Below are positions 51,297 to 64,000 of a DNA stretch of 64,000 bases, piece after piece. The stretch comes from Macrostomum lignano (taxonomy: Eukaryota). Where the stretch lies: the NCBI GenBank assembly GCA_002269645.1, contig NIVC01000364.1:186001-250000 (forward strand), read 5' to 3'. The position numbers were made by a program, and so were the translations under genes. The stretch's first letter is position 1. The number at the start of each line of letters is the position of its first letter. The notes beneath the pieces were generated by a model. The model did not search any database, was not told where the DNA came from, and saw only the letters and a program-made list of their open reading frames with translations.

Positions 51297-54200
51297 TCAG
51301 TTGTAATAGTGCGCGCTGGGCAGGTGTGAGCTGGCTGTATGGCTCGGCATGTTTGAGTACAGGGAGCCGGCGGCTGGTGGCGGAGGCGGCGGCGGAATGT
51401 TGGGATAGATTGAGCCGCCGCTAGGCTGCGGACTCCAATAGTGATGATGCGGAGCGGAGGCTGGAAACAGTCCGTTGCCAGGCGGCGGTCCGGCCATAGC
51501 AACGGCGCTGTGCATCTGGGCGTTCATCAGGTTGAACTTTGAGTTGGCGGCCGTGAAGTAGCCAGAGCTGAGCAGGTCCTGCTGGTACTGGTACTTGTAA
51601 GCGGCCGGGTCAGCTGTTGCCGGCTGCATGGCCTGAGCCAGGCCGGCAAAGTCGAACTTGTAGGCGTAGCGCTTGCCGTGCACCTTGGACATGATGTTCT
51701 TGTCGTAATAGTAGCGCAGCGCCCTGCTCAGCTTGTCGTAGTTCATGTTGGGCTTGGACTTGCGCTCGCCCCAGCGTCTGGCCACCTCGTCCGGGTCGGA
51801 CAGCTTGAACTCGCCGTTGGTGCCCTCCCAGATGATGCAGCTGGAGTTGCGGCTGTCCGACAGCAGCTCCAGCAGGAACTGCCACAGCTGGATCTGACCG
51901 GATCCTGGCGGAGGTTCAGTGAAGACAATAAATTTTTATGATGCTTAATTAATCCAATTGAAATCATTAGTGAACAATGCCGGACCCGCATGCCAATTCT
52001 GATGCAGCTGATCTTTCAAACTGATTCGGCCAATTAGACCAGCTTCCCTGTTGGTCCCTCCAAAGGGTTGGCAAAGCGGAGCCCGAGGAAATGAGGGCTG
52101 GGGGCAGCAGCCCGAGAGAAAACAATGGGGCCTCGCGGAAGATCAACAGAAAAAAGAAGCGGAACTCTCCAAAGCCAACAATGCGAGGAGGCTGAAGTGA
52201 GCAACAGGATGAAGCGGGGGAATTGCCAGAAAACTTCATGGAAAGAAGCGGAAGCCGTCTGGAAGCAGAGGCTGGGCGCAACGCGTTGAGGAAGCAAATT
52301 TTGAATCCTCCGCCTTGAGTTTCTGGCGCCCCCACCACCCCTGGGATCAAGTGAGCAGTAGACAGCGAGAGGCTCAGGATGGGAAAGAGATTGAGGGTTG
52401 CAGGAGAGGCGAAAAGAAGCGAGAGGGAAATCGGGATTTACTCTGGCTAACAAACTCCCAACGATCTTGCGCGCTGGGTCAACACTCGGCCTACCAGAGT
52501 CCTCTGCTGCCCCCCCCTGTTTGCCCAGTTTGCCGATTCGGGGCCTGAAAGACTGCAGGACTCAGCAAGAGATAGAAGAGATGAACTGGGTGGGGGGACA
52601 GAAAATCAGGGTAGTCGCGCTTTTGGTCCGCACGCTGCTGCTGCTGCTGGAGTCTCTCTTCTAGAGGACACTATGCCGTCCCGCTGGCCTGTCTATATAT
52701 CACTGGCGCTGGTACCAGCTAATCCTGTACAGGTCAGTGAGTGGATTATGGCAAGTGCTCCTGAGAGTAAAACTCTTCTGATTTTGTCTCCCTCTCTCCT
52801 CCCGCGATGGGGCAGTAAAACCTGAATCAAGCCATGAGCCATCGCGGCCATGAAAATGAAATTATTGTCCAAATCTGTCCGTCCAAAGGCACTAATTACA
52901 AGGTGGAAGATGATGCTTGGAACGCGAGGGGAGGCCACCGAATGTCTTGTTTATGACCGACCGATTGCCCAGCCGAGCACAACTGCGGACTCCTCGCTTT
53001 CCGCTTTCGCAATATTGCTGAGCATGCTGCTCCTGCTGGCTTTCATAATATATTGCATAGGCCCTATTGAAATTACCCTGTGATATTTACGAGGCTGACA
53101 GATCTGAAATCGTGGCAGGGGTGGGGGACTCCGACAGCAAGTCGAATTAGCTGCAGAGGATAGCCGAGCTGGAGAAGAAAGGGAAAGTAAGGCGTAGAGG
53201 TCACGAACTCGAGCCTCACGCACCAGCCTCACACCAACCCCCCTCCCCTGTTGCGCGCGCGGGCGCCCTCCAGGTGGCGCGGCAGGCGGCTTGAAGGCAC
53301 GAGGCTCAGGGCCTTGGCGCGGGTTTCGGCACGCCCACCAGCAAAAATGAAGCGACGAGGAGGCTCCTCCCTAGTCAGTCTCCCACTTAAGTCCGGGTCA
53401 TCCGCTCCGCCTTGTCCCGTTTCTTGTGCGCCCTTCTCGTAAGGGTGACGCCAACTAAAACTCTCTCAATCGAGCTGTTTGACACTCTGAAACCCTGTCC
53501 TGAGTTCTTCTTGTTGCTGTAGGAGTCAGTGAGTCCTCTTTGTTTAAAACCCCTCAGCCATTGCTGGCTTCCATAACCCGAAACGGGGCACCATGCGGCA
53601 CAGATCGGCTCCATCGTGCCGCTGAGCTCAGCAAGAGCCTGGATTTCGCCCCGCGATCACGCAACAGCGAGGTCGATAAGTGCTTGGGGTCTTCCCTGCC
53701 AGTGTGTTTTTGTGTTCGCCTTCTTGAGGCTTTGTTTTAAAAGAAACAAACACAAGCTGGTGGTGAAACATCTGAATTATCTATACAGATATAGATAGGG
53801 GATGTCAATTAGGGGATCGGGCCATTGGCCTTGGTTACTCCAGCAGCCACTTTGTCTTCCCTAACCCCAACCGATGCCTTGGAAACACTTGTCACCCGCT
53901 GTTAATGCTCGCCCAGCGGGGGGCCATTAAGTTTTCTGTATAGCCATGAAAAAAAAGAAATAAAAAGATATATTTGGGCGGGGGATGGAGAAATGCCATC
54001 ATTTTGAGCTTTCTCGCCGTCACAGCACACAAAAAGGACCAAGCCGAGCCGATGTTATTTATTCGGCTCATTTAAAATCTCCAAGAATAAAGAAACGGAG
54101 ACTAAAGATATGAATAAGGCAGCACAATTGAATTTCTAGACCACTGAAAGTTGAATGATAATGGCTCGGCAGGCATTGCTGTGTAGTAAGTAAATGGCCA

Positions 54201-57200
54201 GAGCAATAAGTCAAATGAGATTTTTTCTAACCCCGTGCCAGGCGTTTGTTAATGAATTTTTCATGTTTTTGTCGCAAGATTCTCGGCCTCGATTAGAAGG
54301 GGGAGGGGGTTGTCAGAGGCCGATCGGGAGGGAAAGAGTTCGGGACCGTCCCTGAGTCAGTCACTGAGTTGCTTTTTCATGGCCAGGCTCAAGCCGAGCT
54401 GTCAGCCGAGGTCTCTGCTTGCAGATATATGAGAATTGTTTAATGACAGAATCTTCTTTTAGCCACGGCTATAATACGGATCTCAAGGCAAAGAAACACT
54501 GGGCAGGAAAAGCAGCAATTTATCTTGATCGGCTCGTCATTAAGTCTCCCCCCTCCTCCCTCTTCTCCGATCCCCGCTACCGATGTTTGGGAGAAAAACA
54601 AAGTTGACCACAGCAGGACGTCCAACTCAGGGCGGCCCTGAGCTGCTCTGATTAAGTGAATTGCGTGTCAGCAGAGGACCTGAAATTCTCTGCCGTTCTA
54701 TACTAACGTATGTCTCGATTGATGCGCCTGTCTGTCTGCCTGCCCCGGGATCAGAGGGTAATCTAGGTTTATAGAATGGGGATGGGGCAGATTGGGATGA
54801 TTGAAAAAATCTGCCACAATTTCAGCTCTTCACTCAGAAAAAAGATTGCCCCTCATTGAGGAACCTGGCTGGGACCCCCCGCGGAGGATTATGAAGAGCC
54901 TCATCCAGCAAGAGTTTCACCTGCAGTCTCGGGACTCAAGGCTGAATCGCTCTTCATCGAGTGGGAGTGGAGAAGTGGCTGCTTTTGAGGCTCCCCGCCG
55001 GCCTGTGGGGGCAAACTTGCTGCGCACAAATCTGGGCGGGCCTGGCGGGTCCTTCAACATATGCCAGCATTCGCCCAGTCTGCTCCGAATATCAACTCTG
55101 CACCGTGTCGTGTTTTGCTTTCATGCTCAGAGATGACTGTGTCTCCAAGTCTTCCAGATCCTGAATCTCTCCAGATCCACAATCTCCCTAGATCCCGAAT
55201 CTCCCAGATCCCGAATCTCCCCAGATCCCAAACCTCACAGATCCCAAATCTTCCCAGATCTTAAATCTGTCCAGATCCAAAATCTCCCTAGATCCCGAAT
55301 CTCCCAGATCCCAAATCTCCCCAGATCCTGAATCTCCCTAGATCCTGAATCTCTCTAGATCCCGAATCTCCCCAGATCCCAAACCTCACAGATCCCAAAT
55401 CTTCCCAGATCCCAAATCTCTCCAGATCCAAAATCTCCTCAGATCCAAAATCTCCCTAGATCCCAAAATCTTATCAAAGACCAAATCTCCCAGATCCTGA
55501 ATCTCCCTAGATCCTGAATCTCTCTAGATCCCGAATCTCCCAGATCCCAAATCTCTCCAGATCCCAAAATCTCCCCAGATCCTGAATCTCCCTAGATCCT
55601 GAATCTCTCTAGATCCCGAATCTCCCCAGATCCCAAATCTCTCCAGATCCCAAAATCTCTCCAGATCTAAAATCTCCCCAGATCCAAAATCTCCCTAGAT
55701 CCCAAAATCTTATCAGAGGCCAAATCTCCCAGATCCTGAATCTCCCTAGATCCTGAATCTCTCTAGATCCCGAATCTCCCCAGATCCCAAACCTCACAGA
55801 TCCCAAATCTTTCCAGATCCCGAATCTCCCCAGATCCCAAACCTCACAGATCCCAGATCTCATCAGATCCCAAATCTCCCCAGATCTCAAATCTCCCCAA
55901 ATCCCATGCGAATTCCGTATAAGCATTCAGCAGCGAGTTGTAAATCTTACCCTGCGGTCTCCAGTGGGCCGGCTGGTTGCCGGCTCCTCCGCCGCCGCCA
56001 CCGCCGCCACCGCCACTACCGCCACCTCCGCCGCAGCCGCCGCTGATGCTGCCGCCGCCCTGCTCCTTCTGCTGAGTCGAGTAGGGAGTCAGCGATGAGG
56101 CCAGCGGGCTGCTGCCGTAGCCTGCAAGAGAAAGTCGAGCAGAGGTAGCCAGTTGCAGAGAACAGGAAATGGGAGCGCTGGGGCTATTTTGGAAATTTTC
56201 GAGCTAAAAGACGTGACTTTTTTGCTAGCAATTTTCACGCCTATAGAAAACTTCTGTATTCAAATTTTGCAACTTTTTCCAACAGCTTCAGTTGCTATGA
56301 GGGCTCGAGAATGAAGTTTTTCCGCTTCAATAGCTGCTGATTTGGTTGTATCTATGTACAATTGTATAATAGATGAGGCCAATTTAGCTCTTACCTGGAG
56401 TCGGGGTGCTCTGTCGGCCCCAGCCGGTTTTTGAGTAGGCGTTGTCTGGAACAGTGCGGCATATTTAATAAAATTCGCATGAATCAAAGGGCTCCGTACT
56501 GAAAAAAAACTATTATATTTTCAGACCTATCGCTCTAATGCAGTCAATGTTAGCCTGCCCGAAATCTTGGCCACTGCAGTCAGCTCAGCGATAATTGCGC
56601 GCCTCCCAGATCCCTGCCACGCACAACCCCCATACCTGTCTTTTTTCTCCCAATATGCCTTTCTGACTCTCAACTCTCCCCCCCCCCCACCTACAGTCAC
56701 TTCTCAAATCCCCTTCATCATCATCAGCACAGAAATTTTGAATGCGGGACGGCCAGCCAGGGAGAGAGATCGGGGCAGAGATGCGGGACCCGCCCGCTGC
56801 AGGCACTTGGCTGAGATTTCAGATTTCAGGACACACACAGCACACACACAAGATATTGAAGTTGAATAGGAAAGCTTTTTTTGCGAACCATTCTGCTGGC
56901 TGGCCAGTATTCAATAGAGGGAACAAGTTTGAGTTCTGTGCTCAGCTTTAGAAACTTTCATGCGGTTTTTCGCGTGCCGCGTTGAGTTGCCGCCACTCCC
57001 CCCAACCTCCGTCCCAGAATCTCTCCTCCATCTGCAGCCTCCTGGCCTCGCTTCATCCCACGCGCAGCTTCGCATTGTTGTGCGGACCGGTGTGGGGGGC
57101 CCCCAGGCTTTGTATCGCACCTTCAACCAGGCCGCTCGGGCCAGTCCCGCCCCGGGGCAAAATGAGACCCGCTGCTGCTGCCGGAATGCTGAGGAACTGC

Positions 57201-57629
57201 TGTTTGGTCGAACGGAACGGTGCGGGCTGCTCCGCCACGACAGGAGTGGGAGAGTTGAAAACTGTTGGGAAAAATGAATTCGAGTTGCTAAGGCCCGCGC
57301 ACCCCAATTCCCCATAAAAAATTCTGTTCAGAAAATTGTCAATAGCCAGAAAGCCACACACGCGCCAAGCAGTCACGCGATGCTGAATGAAGTTTTTTAT
57401 CAATGGTTAATCGTGCGAAGCTGTTTAGAAAATGCTCGAAACTAAACTGCACTAAACTCTGCTGCTTAAACCCCTTTTTCATAGAAACAAAAAGGTTTGA
57501 AACATAAACAACCAACAGAAAAAAGCAAAAAAGCTCACCAGGAAACATGACCGGAGCCAGTGGCGCCCCAGCGGCCAGGGAGCATGCTCTGTAGTATTCT
57601 TCCTGCTTGATGTTTTGCATTGTCTGCAT
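51297..57629 (-). CDS. FEV: FEV (Pet-1)-like ETS transcription factor (ETS unit A), 4 exons, ~306 aa
   Basis: Exons 57629-57539, 56445-56395, 56121-55951, 51904-51297, all phase-1 junctions with strong donors (gtgagc, gtaaga, gtaaga); 921 nt. ETS domain [89 protein letters not shown]-type IMSKVH, GLAQA.QP, SKFNLM and SHL..HY motifs are present; no PNT domain or DPY exon was found. The class is certain; FEV versus ERG/FLI orthology is inferred. Confidence 0.88.
55150..55905. repeat. 15-16-bp minisatellite (CCAGATCCCAAATCTC)n
   Basis: Tandem degenerate copies starting ~45 nt after the intron 3 donor of the FEV-like gene. Confidence 0.92.
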
Positions 57630-58407
57630 TGTGCACTCCGATGGCTAAGAATTCACCTGTCTGTGAGGGTTTCGAGTTTGCTAAATTATCTGCTAAACAG
57701 GGCCGCTGCTGAGATTTATGGAACTGTTGCTGGGAGGCGAGAATCTCAATAATCCAGACTTGAGGAGATGGCGGAGGTGGCAGCTTCCTTCCTAACGGGA
57801 GATTTCCTCGAGAATGTTTTTGAGTCGCTCCGGCCGCGCCAACCCCATCCGACTTCTCCTGGCGGCAGCCCCTACCTCCCCGCCTTCTCACCCCACCCCT
57901 CTGCCCCTTGCAATGCATTGGGCGACCTGTGACCAGCCTCCTGATGAAGAGCCTCCGGGGCGGCGCCGGACTCAAAGTCTCCAACCCTGCTCAGCCAATG
58001 GGAAGGAAGGAAGCTCGGATGACATTGGTCCGGAATAACCCCACCTTCCCGGGAAATGGGGAAGGAGATTTTCAGTCGCCAACACTACTCACTTCCCCCA
58101 GAAATCTCTCCTATTTTCCCCTGCCCCCTAGAATTGCTGGGGATCTTTTGGCCTCTCTTGGCGTCTCTTGGATTGGAGGGAGCGCAGGCCGGGCTGCTGG
58201 TGCGGGTAGGAAAATAATGATGAGGCGAATTTGAGTCTGGACTTTGGGCGGACTTCCTGGGGATGGATAATCCATGGCCTGAGTATTCCACGGATGACTT
58301 CTTGGCTTCTTGATCTTGATCTTGATCTTGGTCAGGTGTTCGGGTCTAATCATTTTTTATTTGATGCAGCAATTTTGCATTGGTTCTAATTGGCTCCAGC
58401 CTTTGAT

Positions 58408-59715
58408 TCCACAGGATGTCATTTTGGTTCCACAGGATGTCATTTTGGTTCCACAGGATGTCATTTTGGTTCCACAGGATGTCATTTTGGTTCCACAGGA
58501 TGTCATTTTGGTTCCACAGGATGTTATTTTGGTTCCACAGGATGCCATTTTGGTTCCACAGGATGCTATTTTGGTTCCACAGGATGCTATTTTGGTTCCA
58601 CAGGATGCCATTTTGGTTCCACAGGATGCCATTTTGGTTCCACAGGATGCTATTTTGGTTCCACAGGATGCTATTTTGGTTCCACAGGATGCCATTTTGG
58701 TTCCACAGGATGTCAATTTGGTTCCACAGGATGTCATTTTGGTTCCACTGGATGTCATTTTGGTTCATAGGGGACCATTTTGGTTCCACAGGATGCTATT
58801 TTGGTTCCACAGGATGCCATTTTGGTTCCACAGGATGTCATTTTGGTTCCACAGGATGCCATTTTGGCTCCAAAGGATGTCATTTTAGTTCCACAGGATG
58901 CCATTTTGGTTCCACAGGATGCCATTTTGGTTCCATTTTGGTTCATGGGGTGCCATTTTGGTTGATGGGGTGCCATTTTGGTTCATAAAATGCCATTTTG
59001 GTTCCATTTTGGTTCATAAAGTGCCATTTTGGTTCCATTTTGGTTCATGGGGTGCCATTTTGGTTGATGGGGTGCCATTTTGGTTCATAAAATGCCATTT
59101 TGGTTCCATTTTGGTTCATAAAGTGCCATTTTGGTTCCATTTTGGTTCATGGGGTGCCATTTTGGTTGATGAGGTGCCATTTTGGTTCATAAAATGCCAT
59201 TTTGGTTCCATTTTGGTTCATAAAGTGCCATTTTGGTTCCATTTTGGTTCATAGGGTGCCATTTTGGTTCATAAAGTGCCATTTTGGTTCCATAAGGTGC
59301 CATTTTGGTTCCATAAGGTGCCATTTTGGTTACATAAGGTGCCATTTGCATTTTGGTTCCAGAGGATGCCATTTGCATTTTGGTTCCAGAGGATGCCATT
59401 TGCATTTTGGTTCCAGAGGATGCCATTTGCATTTTGGTTCCAGAGGATGCCATTTGCATTTTGGTTCCAGAGGATGCCATTTGCATTTTGGTTCCAGAGG
59501 ATGCCATTTGCATTTTGGTTCCAGAGGATGCCATTTGCATTTTGGTTCCAGAGGATGCCATTTGCATTTTGGTTCCAGAGGATGCCATTTGCATTTTGGT
59601 TCCAGAGGATGCCATTTGCATTTTGGTTCCAGAGGATGCCATTTGCATTTTGGTTCCAGAGGATGCCATGCTGGTTCTGCAGACTGCCATTTTGGTTTAG
59701 AGTGCCATTTTGGTT
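58408..59715. repeat. Compound minisatellite with CCATTTTGGTT core (21-bp, irregular, then 27-bp units)
   Basis: (CCATTTTGGTTCCACAGGATG)n, then irregular GGTTCAT(AAAG/GGGG)TG units, then (GCCATTTGCATTTTGGTTCCAGAGGAT)n. Confidence 0.95.
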
Positions 59716-61152
59716 TAGAGTGCCATTTTGGTTTCAATAGGGCCATGTTGGTTCCAGAGGGTGCCATGTTGGTTCTATGGAATGCAATTACAGTTGCCAT
59801 TTTTGCTTTTGAAAATTATCAGCTTGATTTCTATATGCTTTGCTCATTTCAAGATAATCCTCGTATTTTCATGGATCTGAAAAAATCGATAGCAGCGCCA
59901 AGGAACCAGCCTGGACTGTGTGTTAATGAATTGGAGCTTAGCTTCAATAATTAGCCACTTACTGACTGGGCTGGGTGGCCGTCTGAGCCAACACAGACTC
60001 CCGGGGAAATGACAACAAGAGTAAAATCCTCTGCCTGAGCAGCTGCCAGTTGCACAGGCAGATCAGGTAATTCAAGCCAACTCAAGCGGCTGGGGCTTGT
60101 CTCCAAGCTGTGTTTTAAATAGGAATAGGAAGGCGAAAAATTGAGTCTGCAGCTTGCGGCACTTGAGACCGGGTCTCGCGATGCATCCCTTATACAGGGC
60201 CAAGCAAACTGTTGGAAGGCCTGACCAAACAAATCCGGCTGGACCTCTGGTTGCGGTGCGGCCGCCTCCATATCTGTCTGCAGTTGTGAAATTGTAAAAC
60301 GAGACGAATTGACTTTTTCCCCAGCAAATGGGAGAGTCAGAAAAAAAAACTGCTGGGATGCAGGGCAGCCCTCGGCCTTGGCGGTGGCCTGCGCGTGCCG
60401 GGGGCTCCGAGGCCGGGGCACCTGGAGTCTGCGGAGTCTTACTATATTATTGTTGTTATCCTGAGCACTGATTCCGGCCTCGGACTCTGTGTAAAAGGTG
60501 GAGCAGGGGGGGGGGGACGGAGCGCCGCGTGTCCCAACAATCCCAGCTATGCACCGCCAAGGTGATCAAACACGAGGGCTCACCTTACTATTTATATATT
60601 TATACTGTCTGTTTATATTTTCATACACAGATTATGAGTTTGTCACCCCAAGGTCCAAGCGGGGCGTTCCCTTCTACACTCCAGAGATCATCATATATCT
60701 TGCAGACTGTCATCGTGGAAGGTGGTCGGCCGGAATCTCTCTGGCTGAGGAGGGGGGAGGGTCACGTGCCCTCCTTAGTGCCACGGTCGCCTTTCATCCT
60801 TGATTCTCATGCGCAGCGCAGCTAATGACTGTCATGGCCTGTTATATATAAGGATAAGACTTGCTCAAAAAAGATTTCACTGCGCTGGGCTGCATAGGGA
60901 ACTAGAAGGGGGTCATAAAAAAGCAATGCAAGCAATTCTTGCTTCTTCCGGCGGCGTTTGGGGTCCAGGTTCTGAGGAATAGATATGCTCGCATGCATAT
61001 AGTTTATAGGTAAGAGGCTGAGCCTTGGGGATGATGCAGTGGGAAGACGGAGATCTTTATTAATTTTTCTTCTTTTTGAGCGCGTGCGTAGCTTGATTTA
61101 TCTGCTCTGAACTGCGCTGCCAAACTGGCTGAGATGAGCGCGAATCCGTCTG

Positions 61153-61337
<185 letters not shown>

Positions 61338-63549
61338 GGTCTAAGTCACTGATCAGCAGTTATTTATGCTGTATGCATCTCCGCCCATGGCAACAATAGT
61401 GCACCGCAGGCAGCGGCCCTGCCAGTCGCTGTTTCCCTTCCTGCACGCCACCCTCAAGTCTGCAATCGGGTTTAACGGTCCTTCTTCATTCTTGCCGCTG
61501 CGCTCAGCTCAACTCTGATCCTGAAAAAATAGCCAGTCCCACATTTTTACCTGTCCTGCGCCAGCGCTTACTGAAAAGAGTGGCTTGTGAGGGGTCTGGG
61601 GGGGCTCCGAGGGGACTGCAGAAAAGGAAGTGAGCTCCGGGCATGCGAGCGGCACAAGAGTGGGGAAGTTTTGGGCGCCCGCTAGATCGGCCCTCCGCAG
61701 GAAAAGAAAGCGACGAAGAAGGGGAGTCAGCAGAAGAATGGAGGGGGGGGGCAGGCTGCTGAAAGAAAACTGTTTTCGTGGCCCGGCCCTACCTTGGCCC
61801 CCGGCTCTCCTTTGTCCCGGAGCGGAAGGGCAAAGACTTGGCTAAGGAAGCTGCAATCTCCTCTTTATTGGGGGCATTTCCTGCGCTGAGACCAAAGAGA
61901 GAGAGAGAGAGAGGGGAGAGATGGAGAGATGGAGAGAGACTGAGGGTGAGAGAGCGGGTTCCAGCAGCTAGCCGAAGACATTGTCAGATGAGGCAGGCCC
62001 CAAGAATGCAGTGCCCCCTCATCCAGCAGCAGAGTCTGGGTGGGGGGGGGGGCTGCTTCCGCTCCGCGAATAATGCCACCCAGGCCGGAGCAGCCGAGCG
62101 CCCATTATCCCCTGGGCTGGAGATAAAAGCCAATCATTCTTCCCAATTAGCTCGGTGGGACTCGCAGGACTTGCATAGAGAAAAGGAAGCTCAGGGAGAG
62201 CGCGCGCACACAAACGCACTCGGTCGCTTCTGCAGTTCGCAAGGAATGCGGCCGACTCATGATGGAGACGGAGAGGATGGGGGGACACAGCAGCTTTTAA
62301 AAGTGGGGAAATGAGAATTCGCTTTCTCACATTTCTCTCCCCCTTTTCCCGTTAAGTCTCTTCCGCAATTACGGATCGGGAGAGTCTCCGTATTATGTTC
62401 GGAGCTGATGGTTTTGCTTCTCAACCAGCCAAATCAAATCAAGGAGGTCCATTTGAATATCCTGCCTGATTCGATATCGACACCTGGAGCTTCCTGGCTT
62501 GAGTGTTCATTGAATTGACTAAAAAATTGAATTAATTTCAGCTGGGAAACTGTGACCTGACTCATGCCACTGCAGTTGCACCTGAGTCAGTTGGCCGCCA
62601 TCAGATTAGCGCAGAATCTGGTTTTGAAGTCGGCGAACAAGTAGACAACTGTCTAAAACATGTATGCTAGATTAATCCCCGAATTTTCTATCTTTCTGGT
62701 TTAAAATCCCCTTGAAATTGGTAGTTCCCACGCCTGTTAATCCCCTTAGGGCGCGGGGCTGAGCTTGACTACGAAGACTTGAGCTCGGCTTTCCCACAGC
62801 GGGGTGCCGTAGCTGTAGGGAGAGAACTGGGGCATGGGAAGGCTCTGACCCCGCCTGGCAACTGCGACGATTCAGGGGGGTAGGGGCTAATGAGCCTCTC
62901 CACGTGGGGATGGGGAAGTGCCTTGCAGCATCCCGGCCTGAGCTCAGTTTTTTGTAAGTTTGGTCGGGTCTGGTGGGCGGCCTCTGTGATCAGGGCGCGG
63001 TTCCCAGAAAACTGCTCAAAGGGTTTTGCCTCGGCCTACCCCCCCCCCCGGCACCCCATGGTTTCTCAGCCGCTCTCGGGTGCCCTCTGGCGCAGCTGCT
63101 GCAGGTCGGGCTGATTGAGGCACCAGGGAGGGGTCGGGAGTCGGCAAGGAAGAGCCAGACGACTCGAGAAATTTTCTCCGTGAAAGTTGAACAATTTTTA
63201 TCCAGATCTTTGAGACAGGCAGAGCTGACGAACTGCGAATATAACAACTCCTATTGAGCTTATCGTTGATTTTATAAGTCATTGTTGTTAATCTCAACAT
63301 TTAGTTGAACTCTATGATTATTCAATGCTAAAGTCCTTGAAGTTCGCGTGTTTCCGAAGATCACACTATCATGGGACTGTCTGAGCCCTCGTGACAAGTC
63401 CAAAATGCGAGCACATAGCAAGTCTTAGACCTAAACATAAACATAGACTTACTAGTAATAAAGTTCACATGCACTAAGTAGAAGATATAGCATAGAGTTA
63501 AGGAATGTATTTACGAGCTATTTAAATCCCGAGGGCCGGCGACGCAGTC

Positions 63550-63695
63550 CCACACACCAGCACTGACGGCAGTTCTGCCCGTTCCGCTGACCCCTGAGCG
63601 CACACAAGCGCGCCAATACTGTACGACAGGATGTACAGCGGCTCTTTGACTTTCTAATCTTGTCAGGCATGTGCACTCACTGTGCCTTGGGGTGG
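63550..63695. mobile_element. Second copy of the dispersed repeat at 20840-21010
   Basis: Shared strings CTGCCC.TTCCGC.GAC..CCCTGAGC..GCA.ACAAGCGCGC..ATAC, TGTACAGCGG and AGGCATGTGCACT(T)CACTGTGCCTTGGGG. Confidence 0.6.
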
Positions 63696-64000
63696 CTATG
63701 AAGACCGATTTTCCTGCACACAAGGCGTCGCATACAAGGCGAACCAGGAGTCGCGGCGCGAGAGTCAGACGCGTCTACCGATGAGCTGCTCCGCACCTTC
63801 GCTCATAAGCCTAGTCTTGATACAAAATACGGTGCTGTAGTGGAAGGATTCATTGCACAGTCTATCCCAGTCTTTCTTTCAGACCGAACTCGAATTGAGC
63901 TGCGAACCGAACTACGACTTGCTACCTGTCGCTAAATAGAAGAGAGCCACCCAGAAGCGGAATAATGCGAACGCCGAATATTAGCCATCGTCGGTGTATC

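Noticed and set aside
53140-53200. [18 protein letters not shown] as a DPY-type microexon for the FEV-like gene
   Set aside because: Faint resemblance only, with no flanking acceptor or donor in the right phase.
58310-59954. Cluster of repetitive ORFs on both strands (VPQDAIL, GSRGCHLHF etc.)
   Set aside because: Units of 21 or 27 bp are multiples of three and stop-free in several frames. There is no splice or homology support.
59951-60421. 156-aa minus-strand ORF upstream of the FEV-like gene
   Set aside because: No PNT or other domain is recognisable and no supported junction leads to exon 1.

Overview
Eukaryotic (animal, invertebrate) genomic DNA with GT-AG introns and many minisatellites and transposon relics. 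GC-rich exons set among dense 18-33 bp tandem arrays suggest a free-living flatworm such as Macrostomum, but this is inference and was not verified. Six protein-coding units were reconstructed by hand with phase-consistent splice junctions. (1) A 10-exon, ~3,639-aa large lipid transfer protein (apolipophorin/vitellogenin/apoB-like; minus, 13404->28). (2) An intronless FAM78-family gene (minus). (3) A 4-exon protein made of two tandem sarcoplasmic-calcium-binding (SCP/aequorin-fold) units (minus). (4) A 5-exon SNX29 (RUN + coiled coil + PX; plus). (5, 6) Two same-strand ERG/FLI1/FEV-class ETS units: an ERG/FLI-like one with a DPY microexon but no recognisable N-terminus, and a FEV-like one with four exons. 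Mobile DNA includes a near-intact 1.3-kb DD34D mariner with one nonsense codon, a 2.2-kb non-autonomous TIR element carrying ~20 AG|GTAAGT donor-like motifs, tRNA-derived SINEs (one CORE-like), a non-LTR RT fragment and hAT-like ends. The leads most worth checking are possible alternative terminal ETS exons sharing one 5' region, the donor-motif array inside the SNX29 intron, the double-SCP protein, and minisatellites that start just after 5' splice sites. No rRNA, functional tRNA or CRISPR array was found.
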